NCBI GenBank assembly: GCA_964016885.1
Contig: OZ024740.1
Span: 163,246,001-163,310,000, forward strand
Length of the DNA: 64,000 nucleotides
Reading direction: 5' to 3'
From: Eledone cirrhosa
Lineage: Eukaryota
Both the position numbers and the translations under genes were made by a program. How positions within the stretch are numbered: the stretch's first letter is position 1; every line of letters begins with the position of its first letter. The notes below the pieces were generated by a model. The model made no database searches and was not told the origin of the DNA. It saw only the letters and a program-made list of their open reading frames with translations. Shown piece by piece: positions 51,649 through 64,000 of this stretch.

Positions 51649-51943
51649 AGCATATAGACAATATGCCCCCCCCCCCACCGCAAGGTGGTCGTGGAGGTGC
51701 CACGGCAAAAAAGCACCCAGCCCACACTGTAAAGTGGACGTGTAGGCGCCACGAAAAAGCACCCAGCACTCACTGTAAATGAGGTTGGTGTTAGGAAGGG
51801 CATCCGGCTGTAGAAATCAAGCCAAATCAGTTCCTGTATGAGCAAGGCATGGTCAGCCGACCAGACACTGCCCACAACAGGACAACCCGTCTAACCCATG
51901 CTAGCATGGAAGAACGGATGTAAAACGGTGATGAGTATGATGA
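50200..51943 (+). mobile_element. Young 5'-truncated RTE LINE, inserted into an older inverted RTE 3' UTR (49910-50200 and 51945-52350)
   Basis: Open RT frame, 3' UTR repeats and GAT tail; both flanks continue a minus-strand RTE UTR. Confidence 0.97.
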
Positions 51944-53823
51944 CTAACACAACCACTTTACAATGTGGGCAGGATGATTTTTGTTGTGACACCTACACAG
52001 CTATTTTACAGTGTGGACTAGGGGCTTATTGTCATAGCTCCAGGCTAGCCATTTTATGGTGTGAATTGGGGATGCATGGGGAATTGTGGAGGTAGATATA
52101 GGAGTGGGGTGATTACAACGTGGGAAGTGTATGGGAGAGGTGATGGGAGTGAAGGTGGTGCATACTAGATGTATGCCACAGCTCCTGCATATGGGAAGGG
52201 GAGTCTTCTGTATTACTGCATAGCACCAGAGATCACAGTTCTGTGTCATCACCTTTGAGAAGTACAATTGTGCAAGGTCAGCTTTTATCACCTCTAAGTC
52301 TTCCTAGTCCTGCCCACTCAATATCTTCTATCAACTTTGAGTGCTCTGCACAGCAGATGTAAATGGAATGGGCTTTTGCCAATTCTGATGATGAGTATTC
52401 CACATGTGTATCCTTAACATAATTCTCAGTAAGATTCAATGTGATACTGTGTGACAAGACTGGCCTTTTCAATTACAGGTATAGTTCATTTGACAGGCTT
52501 CTAAACAGTTTCTGTCTACTTAATTTCTCTCACAAGACATGGGTTGACTCAAGGCTATGGTAAATAACACATGCCGAAGAGACCACCAAGAAGGGTTGAA
52601 CCTAGAAACTGTTGATTGCAAAGCAAACTTCTTAACCTTTCAGCCAAAAGATGTCCATGCAGATGTAAAGGTGAAGAAAATGTTTAATCATATTCAATGA
52701 TGTGAATAGTTCAAAAGGTTTTAATTGTATTAGCAGACTGAATATATATATCTAGTTTTTCCCCCTCTACCATATGTGTTCGCATTGATTTTATGACTTT
52801 CACCAGTACTCTGCACAAAAAAATTCTTTGTTTTCAGTTAAATGGAATCAAACATTTTTTTCTCCAATTAATCATTGGGAATTAAAAGAAATGACTGACT
52901 ATGTGTCTTACAATATTTATTCTAAGTTTTCTACATTCTGAATTCAAATTATGCTTGAATTGACTTTATCTGGTGCTACTTCAGCATGTCATATCCAGAG
53001 TTTATGTTGTGCATTGACCTGATCTGTCTGCCAGCTTAGGATTAGTTTTTATAATTGAGGTAGACTGCACACTGAATTATGATTGGCAAGGGAGACCATA
53101 CATTAAGTGTAAATGACCAGGTAGACCACACCATAAATCTTTCATTCTCTCAGGAACTTATAGAATTAGTACTAGGAATAATTCAATTCACTATACTTGT
53201 CTCCTTCGACTGATAGTGATATTGCAAACTTATGAGGAAACATCTACTTGGGCTCGACATGCTAGAAACAGAAGTAAAATCTCCCTAAACTTACAGCTTA
53301 CCATCTTAAAAGAAGGATATATTGGATAATATTGTCCAAGGTACACCATGCCAGGAATGAGACAGTATAGCCCTGACTGGAATGCATTTGATCATATTTA
53401 TACTCAGTTTTGACTAAATAATAACAACATCAACAACAACAAAAACAACCATGTCTTCATGCCTAAGAAATAAATTAATGTTGTATCTAAAGTTGGGAAT
53501 TACAAGACAATTTTTCTTAGATTTGAAGATAAAATTCAGATTACCAGTGTTTATTTTCTATTTCCATCCAACGCAATATTTTATCTCATAACTGTCAACT
53601 AAATACAATGTTGATATCATGGGGCCAGAGGCACACAGACAGAGTGTGTATGTGTGACATATTGTTTCAACAGATAGAGAAAATAGAACTTGACATTTAT
53701 GATACAATGATGTTTAGATGATTAGAAATGATGTCTATTCTGTAATATATTATCATATCCATATATATCATGTTACATAACATGTGTTGATGTTCAGACA
53801 TGCAGTATTATTTACTCTTTTAC

Positions 53824-53850
53824 CTTTCCCAGCTCTTGGGCTGTGGCCAT
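53824..53850 (-). other. Candidate 27-nt microexon
   Basis: Pyrimidine tract and TGCATG upstream; TAG|ATGGCCACAGCCCAAGAGCTGGGAAAG|GTAAAA; open in all three frames. Confidence 0.4.
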
Positions 53851-54149
53851 CTACACAAATATGAAGGGAGCATACATGCAAGTATGTTAAAGAAAGAAAA
53901 GGAAAGAAGATAGATAAGAAAACATTTGTATTTCTGATTTAACACACAATACTTGTTGATATAGTGAATATTGAAGGCATGTAATTTAGTGGTTAGGGTG
54001 TTCATCTCACGACTGTATGGTTTTGAGTATAATTCCATGTGGGTCATTGTCTACTTGAGCAAAGCACTTTATTTCACATTACTTCAGTTCACTCCATAGG
54101 AGAAATGAATTAAGAAGAAATTCCTACTATTGAAACAGAATTTAGAATC

Positions 54150-54992
54150 AAAAGGACTCAAAGTAAACAGAAAAAGACCAAAGTTTTAGTAAGTAGGAAA
54201 GATGTCATGACTCTGTTTCCATTAGGGAAGTGGCCATGCTTAATATATAGACAAGGAGTAGGTAGGAACACTAAATGATGTAAACATTGTAAAACATAGG
54301 CATGCATGAAGTGTAAGCTTTGCATGTGGGAGATGCACATGAGTAGTTAGTACTAAGAGCTCCTGTGAAATAAACATTTCCCAATCCTGGGAAGGCTCCA
54401 TAGAAGTGGCTGATAACTTCTGCTACCTAGGTGACTTAATTAGTAGTGGAAGTGATTGCTCTGAAAGTTCAGCAGCTAGAATAAAAATAGGCTTGAAAAA
54501 GTTCAGTGAGTTACTGCTTATGTTGAAAACAAAAGTTTTCTCTCGACAAAACAAAAAGAAACCCCAGCTAATTGATGTCTGCATGCAAAGTGCAGTGTTG
54601 CATGGAAGTGAAAGAAGGGCAGAGCATTAAATACAGAGGATAGGTGAAGAAATGAACTGAGCATGCTTTGATGGATGTGTGATGGAAATTGAAACATGGA
54701 TGCGATGAGAGAGAAAGAGAGAGAGAGAGAGGGATTGAGTATAAGAGGTATCACATATAGACTGTTCTCATATGACCATGTGATGCATCTGGAGGATGAC
54801 TGTTGGATGAAGAAATGCTAGGAGCTCCCAGTGGAAGGAAATTGCAGTAGAGGAAGGCCAAATAAAACCTGAACAGAGGTAATGAGATAAATACTCAAAA
54901 TGCTGATAAATGGTGCTGGAAAAGACCTCTTCAACACATGCAAGCATGAAAAAAAAAACAGCCATAAAAAGGATGATGACGGTGATGATGAT
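54150..54992 (+). mobile_element. Old degenerate RTE LINE
   Basis: KTKVLVSR, GKWPC, DNFCYLGDLIS, LHGSE and a GAT tail. Confidence 0.8.
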
Positions 54993-55329
54993 CTTTAAGT
55001 CAAAGGGCAAAACCTGTAACATTCTGTGTCATATTGAACTATACACATAATAAAATTCACATTGTGGGTGATACATTACAAGATTTGATTATGTTGTAAA
55101 TATTTGCAGTTATGTTACGTATGTATGGCATACACAATAAAACAAAAATAACTTTGTTTTACTTACAATATGTTTTTTCATTTTGTGTACATAATTTACT
55201 ATGTTCAACCCAATAATTCTTCTCCAGGTGACCATGCAAACTCTCTTCTTTATTTCAAACATGGAAATCCAACAACGATTCACCCCACTCCTCTCCCCAA
55301 GTTTTTAACTTCTCCTCATTCTTATGGTC

Positions 55330-57430
55330 AACTCTAAAACGTCAGAGCTGTGATTATCAACGTAGGAATGATGAAATGAAGATCAGAAGAGATTGTAGAG
55401 ATGCTAGAATGAAACAAAGTTGATGCGTGTTGTGTACAAGTGACTAAATAGAGAAGAACATCAGATATACTACTTGTGGGCAAAAACCATGCTACAAATT
55501 TTCCTGGGTGGGTAATTACAACAGGCTGGAGTAGGTATTATGTTAGCAGAAAAAATGTCCCATTTTGACCCAACAGTGAGGCCAGCCATACAAGTCAGCA
55601 GCAGTGTAGTAAGACAATTAAGGATATGAAGACAAAGTAGCTGGATCATTGGAGATAGTTGCTGCAATTCTGAAAGCATCTGAGATGGTAAGTCACACCT
55701 TAACCAACTGATTGTAAAACAAGTAATTCAGAATGGTGCCATACCCAATGACTGACGTAGCAGCAGCATCATTAACTGCTACAAGGGCAAAGAGAGTGCA
55801 TTGGATAGAGGAAACTATAGAAGTGCCAAGTTGATGAACCAGGTCATGAAGATCTCAGAGAGTTATAGCACAGTTGATTAGGGACTGAGTTAACCTAAAT
55901 GACATGTAGTTTGGATTTGTGCCAGATAAAAGTACCGCAGATGCCATCTTCCTTGTGAGGCAACAACGCGCAAAGTACCTAGCTAAAAGTAAGCCTCTAA
56001 ACTTGGCCTGGAGAAAGCATTTGACAGCATCTCCCATTCTATAATCTGGTGGGCTCTTAGGAAACTAGGGGTAGATGAAGGCAGTACAAGCCATGTACGA
56101 GAAGCATTCAGCAAGGTTAAAATTAACAATGTAATGAGGAACTTAGTGTACAAGTAGGAATTCGTCAGAGCTCTGATCATAGCCCTCTCCTATTTATTGA
56201 CATCTATGGAAGTAGTTAATAGCTTCTGTTACCTGGGTGGCCAAACTAGCAATGGAGGCTGGTGTTCTGAAAGTACAGTAGCCAGAATAAGAACGGGATG
56301 GAAAAAGTTCAGCAAACTACTACCTTTGCTAGCTACAAAAGTTTTTTCGCTCAAAATGAAAGGCAGATTGTATGAAGCTCGTGTACAATCAGCAGTGTTT
56401 CAGAGTACCAACAAAGATTGGAAAGAAATGAAGCTTGAATGCTCCGATGGATGTGTAACAATAATGTGCATGAAAGACAAATCTTTAGTGAACTGAAAGA
56501 GAAACAAGGCATAAGAGGGATCAGAGGGATCAGATGCATTGTACAAGAGAGAAGATTGTGGTGGTTTGGGCATGTGATGTATATGGAGGATGTCAGCTGT
56601 ATGAAAAGGAGCAGGCCCTCAAAGTTGACATAAACTATGGAAGAGGAAGAACTAGGAACGCTTGGAATGAAGTATTAAAAGCTGACTTTGTGCAATTAAA
56701 CCTCACAAAGGCAATGACACAGGATCGAGATCTCTGGCATCATGCTGTACAGCAGAAGACCCATTTTCCCATGTGCACAAAATGAAATGAAAAACACATA
56801 AAGGACACACGAGTCTGTACCAATCTTTTCTTTGCCCCTCCCCATTCATTCTCTCCAGTCTTAATACCTCACCCTCACCAGCTAAATATTCTACGCACCT
56901 CATCCATGTCAAACTTGCTTACTTGTCACCCCTCCCCCCTACAAACTCTCACCCCTGATAACCTTGCCTGCTTACCTCCCATACAAACATGAAAGCTAGA
57001 TACACTCTACATCTGATCTCCCACAATGCTGTTGCCATGACAAAAAGTATTAAGTCCATCCTGTATGCTGATTTGGTACCACAACAACAAAAACATCTAG
57101 TCCATCTGGTAAGGTGGCTGTGTTGATGACATGAGAAAAAGCACCCAACCCATACTGTATGGTAGTCATGCTGGTAACATGACAAAATGCATGCAGTCCA
57201 CCCTGTAAGGTGATCATGCTGGTTACACAACAAAAAGTACCCCGTCCATTCTATTAGCTGGTCATGTTTGTGCTACACAGTCCACACTGCGATGTGGTTG
57301 GCATTAGGAATAACATTCAGCTATAAACTATAGAAACCAAGTCAAAATACAGATCTGTATGAGCTAGATGTGGTTCCCCATCTAACCCATACAAGTATGA
57401 AAAAACAGACATTAAATGATGATGAATGAT
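55330..57430 (+). mobile_element. Degenerate RTE LINE with internal deletions
   Basis: Endonuclease-start remnant (~55330-55560), then ALDRGNYR..EKAFD.., YLGGQ, RRLWWFGH, 3' UTR repeats and tail. Confidence 0.85.
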
Positions 57431-57531
57431 GGTGACAAACATGAAACTAATATATTTCTTCATTGTATATGTCGTTTGCTTGTTTATTTCATTTTACTTT
57501 TTGCATCATCATCATCATCATTACAATTTGT

Positions 57532-57815
57532 TTCCATATCGATCAGCTCGGGTTTGATCATGTAATCAGATCCTGACTCTTAATCAACACTTTTTCAGAT
57601 ATGAGAGATTACATGGGTGGTCCCATCCAAACTGTTGATATATGTCCCGTGTTCATTTTATATATATCATAACCCAATAACATGTATATAAAATGAAGAT
57701 GGGAGATATGTCAACAGTTTGGATGGGACAACCCATGTAAGCTCTCATATCTGAAAGTGTCGATTAAGAGTTAGGATCCGATCACATGTTCAAACCTGAG
57801 CTGATCAATATGGAA
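57532..57815. repeat. 284-bp foldback (arms ~135 bp, loop ~14 nt)
   Basis: TTCCATATCGATCAGCTC..CATTTTATATA / TATATAAAATG..GAGCTGATCAATATGGAA; arms roughly 85-90% complementary by eye. Confidence 0.92.
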
Positions 57816-57853
57816 TAAAGTTTACAAAAAGCTGCAATTCTTATTGTCCCTTT

Positions 57854-60300
57854 ATCATCATCATCATTTCACGTCCGCTTTTCCCTGCTTGCAAGAGTGG
57901 GACGGGTCTTATTTAGCACAGCATCTCTCCACTTGTCATGGTCCTTCGTCATCTCCACCGTGAGCTTCAGCAATCTGAGGTCTGTTCTCACCACCTCCAC
58001 CCATGTTTTTTATTGTCTACCTCTACCATGTCTTCCTTCAACAGGCATTTCCTGGCACTTCTTCACCCATCGGTCATCCTCCATGCACATCACATGTCCA
58101 TACCACCGCAGTCTCCTCTCTCGCACACTACCTTCTATCCCACACAGTTTCTCTCTCAACACTTCCATGCTGGGTCGTTCATGCACATTGACATTGCACA
58201 TCCAACAGAACATGCTTGCCTCATTTCTCTCCAGCCGTCGCATATCCTCTGCAGACATCATATAACTGGCCTTTCGTACGCAGGGAGATACCCTCCTTCA
58301 CCAGCAGAGGAAGCAGCTCCCTAAACTTTTTCCAACCCATCCTTATTCTAGATACTATGGCCTTGGAACACCCCTTCCCATGCTAATCTGATCTCCTAGG
58401 TACTGGAAGCTATCAACCACTTCTATAGCACCCGCCTGCATTTGAAAAATGTGTCTATCAATGTGACTTCTACTGTCTAATTTCCCTGTACATCTACTGC
58501 ATACGTATTTCTCCCTACCTGTTAGTTTGCCTGCTATCCCACTACATCTTGTGTACCCAAGATCTGCATTGTGTGCATTTTATAGAATTTATGCCAGTTC
58601 CTTTTCTGCATATTGAACATGGCCATTTTCCTGATGGAATCAGAGTTTTGTCCTTCTTTTCTACTCATCAACACTTTTGTCTTAGCTAGGTTCACTCTCA
58701 GTCCTTTTGATTCCAACTGCTGTTTCCATAGCCAGAAATTATTCTCTAGCCCCTCTACTGATTCTGCTAAGAGAACCAGATCGTCAGCATAGAGAAGTTC
58801 CCATGGACAGCCAGTCTTAAACTCCTCTGTAATGGCTTGGAGGACTATAATGAACAAGAGCGGGTTGAGGACCGAACCTTGATGTACTCCTACTTGTATC
58901 TGGAATTCCTCACTAAACTCCATTCCTACCCTGACTTTACTGACAGCACCCCTGTACAAAGTTTGCACTGTCCTCACAAGCCATTCCTTAACACCTAGTT
59001 TCCTTAGGGACCACCAGATGACAGATCGGGGTGCCCTATCAAAGGCCTTCTCTAGGTCAACAAAAGCTAAGTATAGTGGCTTATTCTTCTCTAAGAACCT
59101 CTCTTGTAATTGTCTCACCAAGAAGAGGGCATCTGTTGTACTTTTCCCATGCACAAAACCAAATTGCATCTCATCTAGTTTGACCCTTTCTCTAATTAGT
59201 TGTGCTAATATCCTTTCTGATACTTTCACAACCTGATCCATTAGTTTTATACCCCTATAATTGCTCCTCTCCAGAGCATCCCCATTACCATTGTAGCAAT
59301 TTATGAGAATACTGCTGCACCAGTCTTTGGGTATGACATCGCCATATATAGCCTGATTGATGATGCGTGCAACCAGTTTAGTGCCTACGTCCCCTGATGC
59401 CTTCAGCATCTCAGCAAATATCCCCGACGGTCCAGCGGCCTTACCATTTTTTCATTTTCTTAATCGCCTCTTGGACCCTATATTCGTCAATCTCAATAGC
59501 TGGTCCCTCTATCAGATCTACTGAAGGTAATTTCTCTCTCTCCCATTCGTTCTCCACATTCATCAGTCTCTCATAATGACATTTCCAGGCCTCCTTTTTC
59601 TGATCATTCGTGACACTAAGTACACCGGCATCATTCCAGACACATTTATCTCCAACAACATCCTGATTTGCATTGACACACTGCCTTGCAATGTGAAAAT
59701 CCGCACATCTCCGATCTTCACATCGCAGAACTTTGGCAAACCTCCTACCCTCAACAACCCTGCGTGCTAAGTACACCTGATGTCTAGCTTCTCTCTTAGT
59801 GGCTGTATATCCTTCTCTACTCCCACCCTTTTTCCAAGCCTTCCATGCTAGTCTTTTGTCTTTAATGGCCTTATCTACTGTGCTGTTCCACCACCAAGTC
59901 ACTCTCTGTCTGGTTGAAGCTCTGCTCCAGCCATAAGTTTCATCAGTAGCCTGCAGTAAGTTGTCACGTAAGAAATTCCAGTTATCATCTATGTCATACA
60001 ACTCTAAATCGTCTTCTTTTTCGTCATACACATCTTGAAGGGCTTTCCTAAATTTGAATTTCGGTGAAAGGTCTTTTAGCTTCCAGACCTTTCTTCTCCA
60101 CACCTTCCTGTATGTCTCATTCCATCTCTTGCTTACTGAGATATCACTAACGACTAACCTATGCTGTGGGGTACATTCTTCCCCAGGATATGCCTTGGCT
60201 TACGTGCTCGCCTGATTTGTAGGTTATTAGGTGGTTGGCAGGTTTCTGGAAGTTAGTGTTGCAAATGGTCAGTGTACTTGCATCACAAAATTCAAGAAGT
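57854..60300 (-). mobile_element. RTE LINE, second subfamily (endonuclease C-terminus, RT, PHD, tail), frameshifted
   Basis: ICNTNFQKPANHLITYKSG, GEECTPQHRLV, WWWN, ORFs 59441-60103, 58534-59409 and 58010-58261, (CAT)n tail. Confidence 0.95.
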
Positions 60301-60302
60301 AT

Positions 60303-61260
60303 ATCATCATCATCATCATCATCATCACCGTTTTACGTCCGTTCTTCCACACTAGCATGGGTTAGACGGGTTGTCCTGTTGTGGGCAGTGTCTGGTCGAC
60401 TGAACGTGCCTTGTTCATACAGGAACTGATTTGGCTTGATTTCTACAGCTGGATGCCCTTCCTAACACCAACCTCATTTACAGTGAGTGCTGGGTGCTTT
60501 TTCGTGGCGCCTACACGTCCACTTTACAGTGTGGGCTGGGTGCTTTTTTGCCGTGGCACCTCCACGACCACCTTGCAGTGGGAGGGTGTGGGGGCATATT
60601 GTCTATATGCTTCAGCTTGTACCCATGGAGATCGGGTACTCTGTATTACTGCGTGATGCCAGAGGTCACTGTCGTGTGTCATCGCCTTTGAGATGTGTAA
60701 TTGGGTAAGGTCGGCTTTTATCACCTCATCCCAGGTCATCTTGGATCTCCCAACTCCGCGGTTTCCATCGACTTCTAGTGCTCTGCACCTTTTTATGCAG
60801 CTGTCATCCTTCATACGCATCACATGTCTATACCAACGCAACCGCCTCTCCTGCACATAACCTTTGATTCCTCTTATGCTCAGTCTCTCTCTCAATTCAT
60901 TTATGCTTTGTCGTTCGCGTAAATTACTATTACACATCCATCGGAGCATGCAGGCTTCGTTTCTCTCTAATCTACGCAAGTCTTCCACCTTCAGCGCCCA
61001 GGTCTCACTACCATGTAACATTGCTGTTCGGATACACGCATCATACAGTCTGCCTTTCATTTTGAGGGAGAAGCCTTTTGCAGCTAGCGGTGGTAGTAGT
61101 TCCCTAACTTCTTCCATCCCGTTCTTACCCTAGTTATTGTACTTTTTGAACACCCGCCTCCGCTGCTAATTCGGTAACCTAGGTAGCAGAAGCTGTCTAC
61201 TGTCTCTACAGAGCCCTCCCAGAGATTGGTGGTACTTGTTTCCTGTGGCTGTTTGCTGCT
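60303..61260 (-). mobile_element. Young 5'-truncated RTE LINE
   Basis: Near-identical reverse complement of ~51000-51943 with one frameshift near 61110; 5' end abuts (TA)n. Confidence 0.97.
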
Positions 61261-61764
61261 ATATATATATATATAGATGTTGGCATCTATCAATATGTAT
61301 ATTGATTATGAGGGATTTTAATTTTTGATAGTCTTCAATTATTTAAAACTAACTTTCTACACATTTTATTTTCAATGAAGATTTATTTATTGAAGAATTT
61401 TATAAGATAATTAAACAACAAATAAGAATACACCAAAATCTGAACTTCAGTAATTTTTAGCAAATTAAATTTGTAGAAATAACTTGAATACCTTTGACCA
61501 TTTTACAGTTACTTTTAAACATAGAATACTAAATACTGTCATTTTAACTCATCACAAAACAAGCGCTTCTAGGATTACCTTAAAAAGATAATATAATATA
61601 AATGTTCAATTATAAGCTAGATTTCATCAATTATTTTACTCAAATTTGGAAAAGAATTTTATGCAATTTACTGAAATTTATGCTATTTGAATATTCTTTT
61701 AATTCATCAATTTTACATAGATTATTTTGACTTTTTCATGTCTCGACCTTTTCTAGCTGTTTAG

Positions 61765-61985
61765 CCTTTTAGCATTTAAACCAGCCAGATCCGGCCATAA
61801 TTTTCTCACCTCTTTCTGTTCAAACTGGCCATAACTGTCCATTTATACTTATGTTAAGGTATTGTTCTCAAAATAAATAATATCAAAATCTCATAGATTC
61901 AATATTATGTGAGATAATTATGTGAAATAGAGTGTTTACTGTGAAAATATAATAGTAAATATAGTGTAATGTGAATGCTAAAGGG
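61765..61985. mobile_element. piggyBac-type MITE (family A) flanked by TTAG
   Basis: TTAG|CCTTTTAGCATT...AATGCTAAAGGG|TTAG. Confidence 0.85.
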
Positions 61986-62341
61986 TTAGAGTTTTTAGTC
62001 TAAAAAAAAAAGTGACTTTTTATTACTTTGCTATTGTCACCATGTATCTAGCTCCATGTAATGATCAACTTTCTCAAATACAGATCCACTTCTTGCTATC
62101 TTTTCTATATTATCCCAATTTTTTGTCACTGCCATTACCTTTTTTTTTTGTTACAATCATCTTTAAGCTAAAGGCCTTCATTGATCAATGCTTTTTTTAA
62201 ATAAAGAAAAAGAAAATCCTGGAAAGTCTAAAAAAGTAGAGCCACTACAAATCAATGTATCTTCTGATTTGAATCTATTTGAATTTACTTTGTTTTAGAA
62301 AATACTAATAATAATTAATGTAAAGTTTTTAACACTACTGT

Positions 62342-62685
62342 AGGTGTGGGCATGACTGGCTGGTTAAGAACTTCACTTCACAATCATGAAGTGACAGCTT
62401 CAATCCCATTGTGCAGCAACTTGGATAGTTGTCTTTACTATATATATAGTTTAACACAAGCCTTGTGAGTGAAATTGGAAAGACAGAAACTACATTAGAA
62501 GCCTGTCAAATGAATTCTATCTATAATTTAAAGGTCCAGTCTTGTCATATACATCACTCTGATTCGGCTGGGAAATTATGTTACATGTGTTTGTAGAATT
62601 CTCAACTACTTACACATTAATTCACAAGTTGGACAAAGTGTTTATCGAATAACTGAATGCTCATCATCGAAAGTGATGGTGGCTC
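62342..62685 (+). mobile_element. SINE family B, decayed
   Basis: tRNA-like head and a tail shared with the 19279 and 49298 copies. Confidence 0.6.
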
Positions 62686-62789
62686 TATTATATTAGTTTC
62701 ATATATATCCCATATAGACCCAACAGAGAGACCTGCCATAAAATTTGGCGACTGTATGATAAATAAAGCAATTAAGGAGATGCTAAAAG

Positions 62790-64000
62790 TAGGAAAGAGA
62801 GTAGGAGGGTGATACCATATGGGAAGTGGCCTTGTTTGATATGTCAGAAAAGGAAGTGGGGGAAGAAATTCTATAAGGTGCACCCAGTGTCATTTTTGAA
62901 TACAAGTGATATAATGGGATTGCAGGCAGGCTAACAGAAAAGATAGACTTTGTATGCAGCAGATGCAGGAGAAGTAAGCACTTAGAGCACAAGTGAAACG
63001 AATACCTTCAGTTGCCAGAGAGGCCCCTTAGAAATAGTTGACAGCTTTTGTTACCTAGGTGACCAAATTAGCAGTGGGGAAGGGTGCTCTTAAAGTGTGA
63101 CAGGTAGGATCAGAGCAAGCTGGAAGAAGTTTAGAGAGCTGTTACCTCTGCGGACAACAAAGTGCTTCTTGCTGAGAGAGAAAGGTAGATTGTATGATGC
63201 CTGTGTGCAAACTACAATGTCACATGGCAGTGGAATATGAGCCTTGACTGCAGAAGACCTGCAGAAGCTAGAAAGAAATGAATCGAGTATGCTTCCATGG
63301 ATATGTAATGTTAGTGTGCATGAATGACGTAGTATAAGTAAACTCAGAAAAACTTGGCAGAAGAGGAATTGGATGTAGTGTGCAAAAGAGAAGACTGTGC
63401 TGGTATGGATATGTGATGTGTATGGAAGATTGCAGTTGTATAAAAAAAATGCAAAGAAAACCCTAGTTTCTGGGACTCAAGGAAGAGGCAGATTCAGGAA
63501 ACTTGGGGTGAGGTTGTGAAGACCAACCTTAAAAAAACTAAACCTTACAACAGAGTTGAAAAAGGACAATGAGGGTTGGTGCTATACTGAGCTGGTGAAG
63601 ATCTGGCCAACAACATATACAGTGACCTGACATATGTCTTGTCTCCATTTCTACTTGCACTCCCAAACAGCTATCCCCAGCTTCACTACCTCCACTCCAG
63701 CTATGCCCTCTCCAACTTCACTCATTAATTGCCACCCCTCTATAAACCTTAGATACCCTCACTATTGCACCCTAGTAGCTACTCTCTTCATCCCTATATA
63801 CCCCACCCATCCCACTTCGACTATTGCCTCCTTAGCTATTTTCCATCATAACACCTCCCCTTTCCAGTATTGGTGAGTACCATCACGCCCCACCCTGCGC
63901 AATTGACCAAACCATCCGCGCCTTCCACCACTATCTCCACATCAGTGTTCTCATCACCCAATTTCCTCCCGCTATGCTATCAAAAGTCATCCTTTCCTCT
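62790..64000 (+). mobile_element. Degenerate RTE LINE (PHD, RT end, C-rich 3' UTR)
   Basis: GKWPCLICQK..FVCSRC, VDSFCYLGDQISSG, LYDACVQT, RRLCWYG; multiple stops. Confidence 0.85.

Noticed and set aside
50400-51875. Long antisense ORFs (210 and 267 aa) and similar ones on other RTE and Gypsy copies
   Set aside because: Shadow frames opposite the RT coding sequence.

Overview
AT-rich, microsatellite-dense eukaryotic DNA made almost entirely of transposable elements. The mix of RTE LINEs with (GAT)n tails, tRNA-derived SINEs and (TA)n/(CA)n/(GA)n runs suggests a coleoid cephalopod (octopus-like) genome; this is inference only. Main contents: (1) a full-length, recently decayed CsRn1-clade Gypsy LTR retrotransposon (21446-27361, minus, 487-bp LTRs, GATC TSD) inserted in a mariner transposase relic; (2) a 2.2-kb non-coding LTR element (28562-30796, ATAT TSD) with related PBS/PPT signals; (3) a third CsRn1-like relic (~46650-47734); (4) about ten RTE LINE fragments whose RT carries an inserted C4HC3 PHD-type finger; (5) Tc1 and hAT transposase relics, piggyBac-type and other MITEs, a non-autonomous Helitron and several foldback elements; (6) a few low-confidence host exons on the minus strand. 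Most notable: a 32-nt primer-binding site copying the whole 3' end and T-arm of tRNA-Trp, an intact-looking type I hammerhead ribozyme in a ~315-bp element embedded in (TA)n, a -1 frameshift cassette, and several long dsRNA-forming inverted repeats. Boundaries of degenerate repeats are approximate, and mismatch counts were made by eye.
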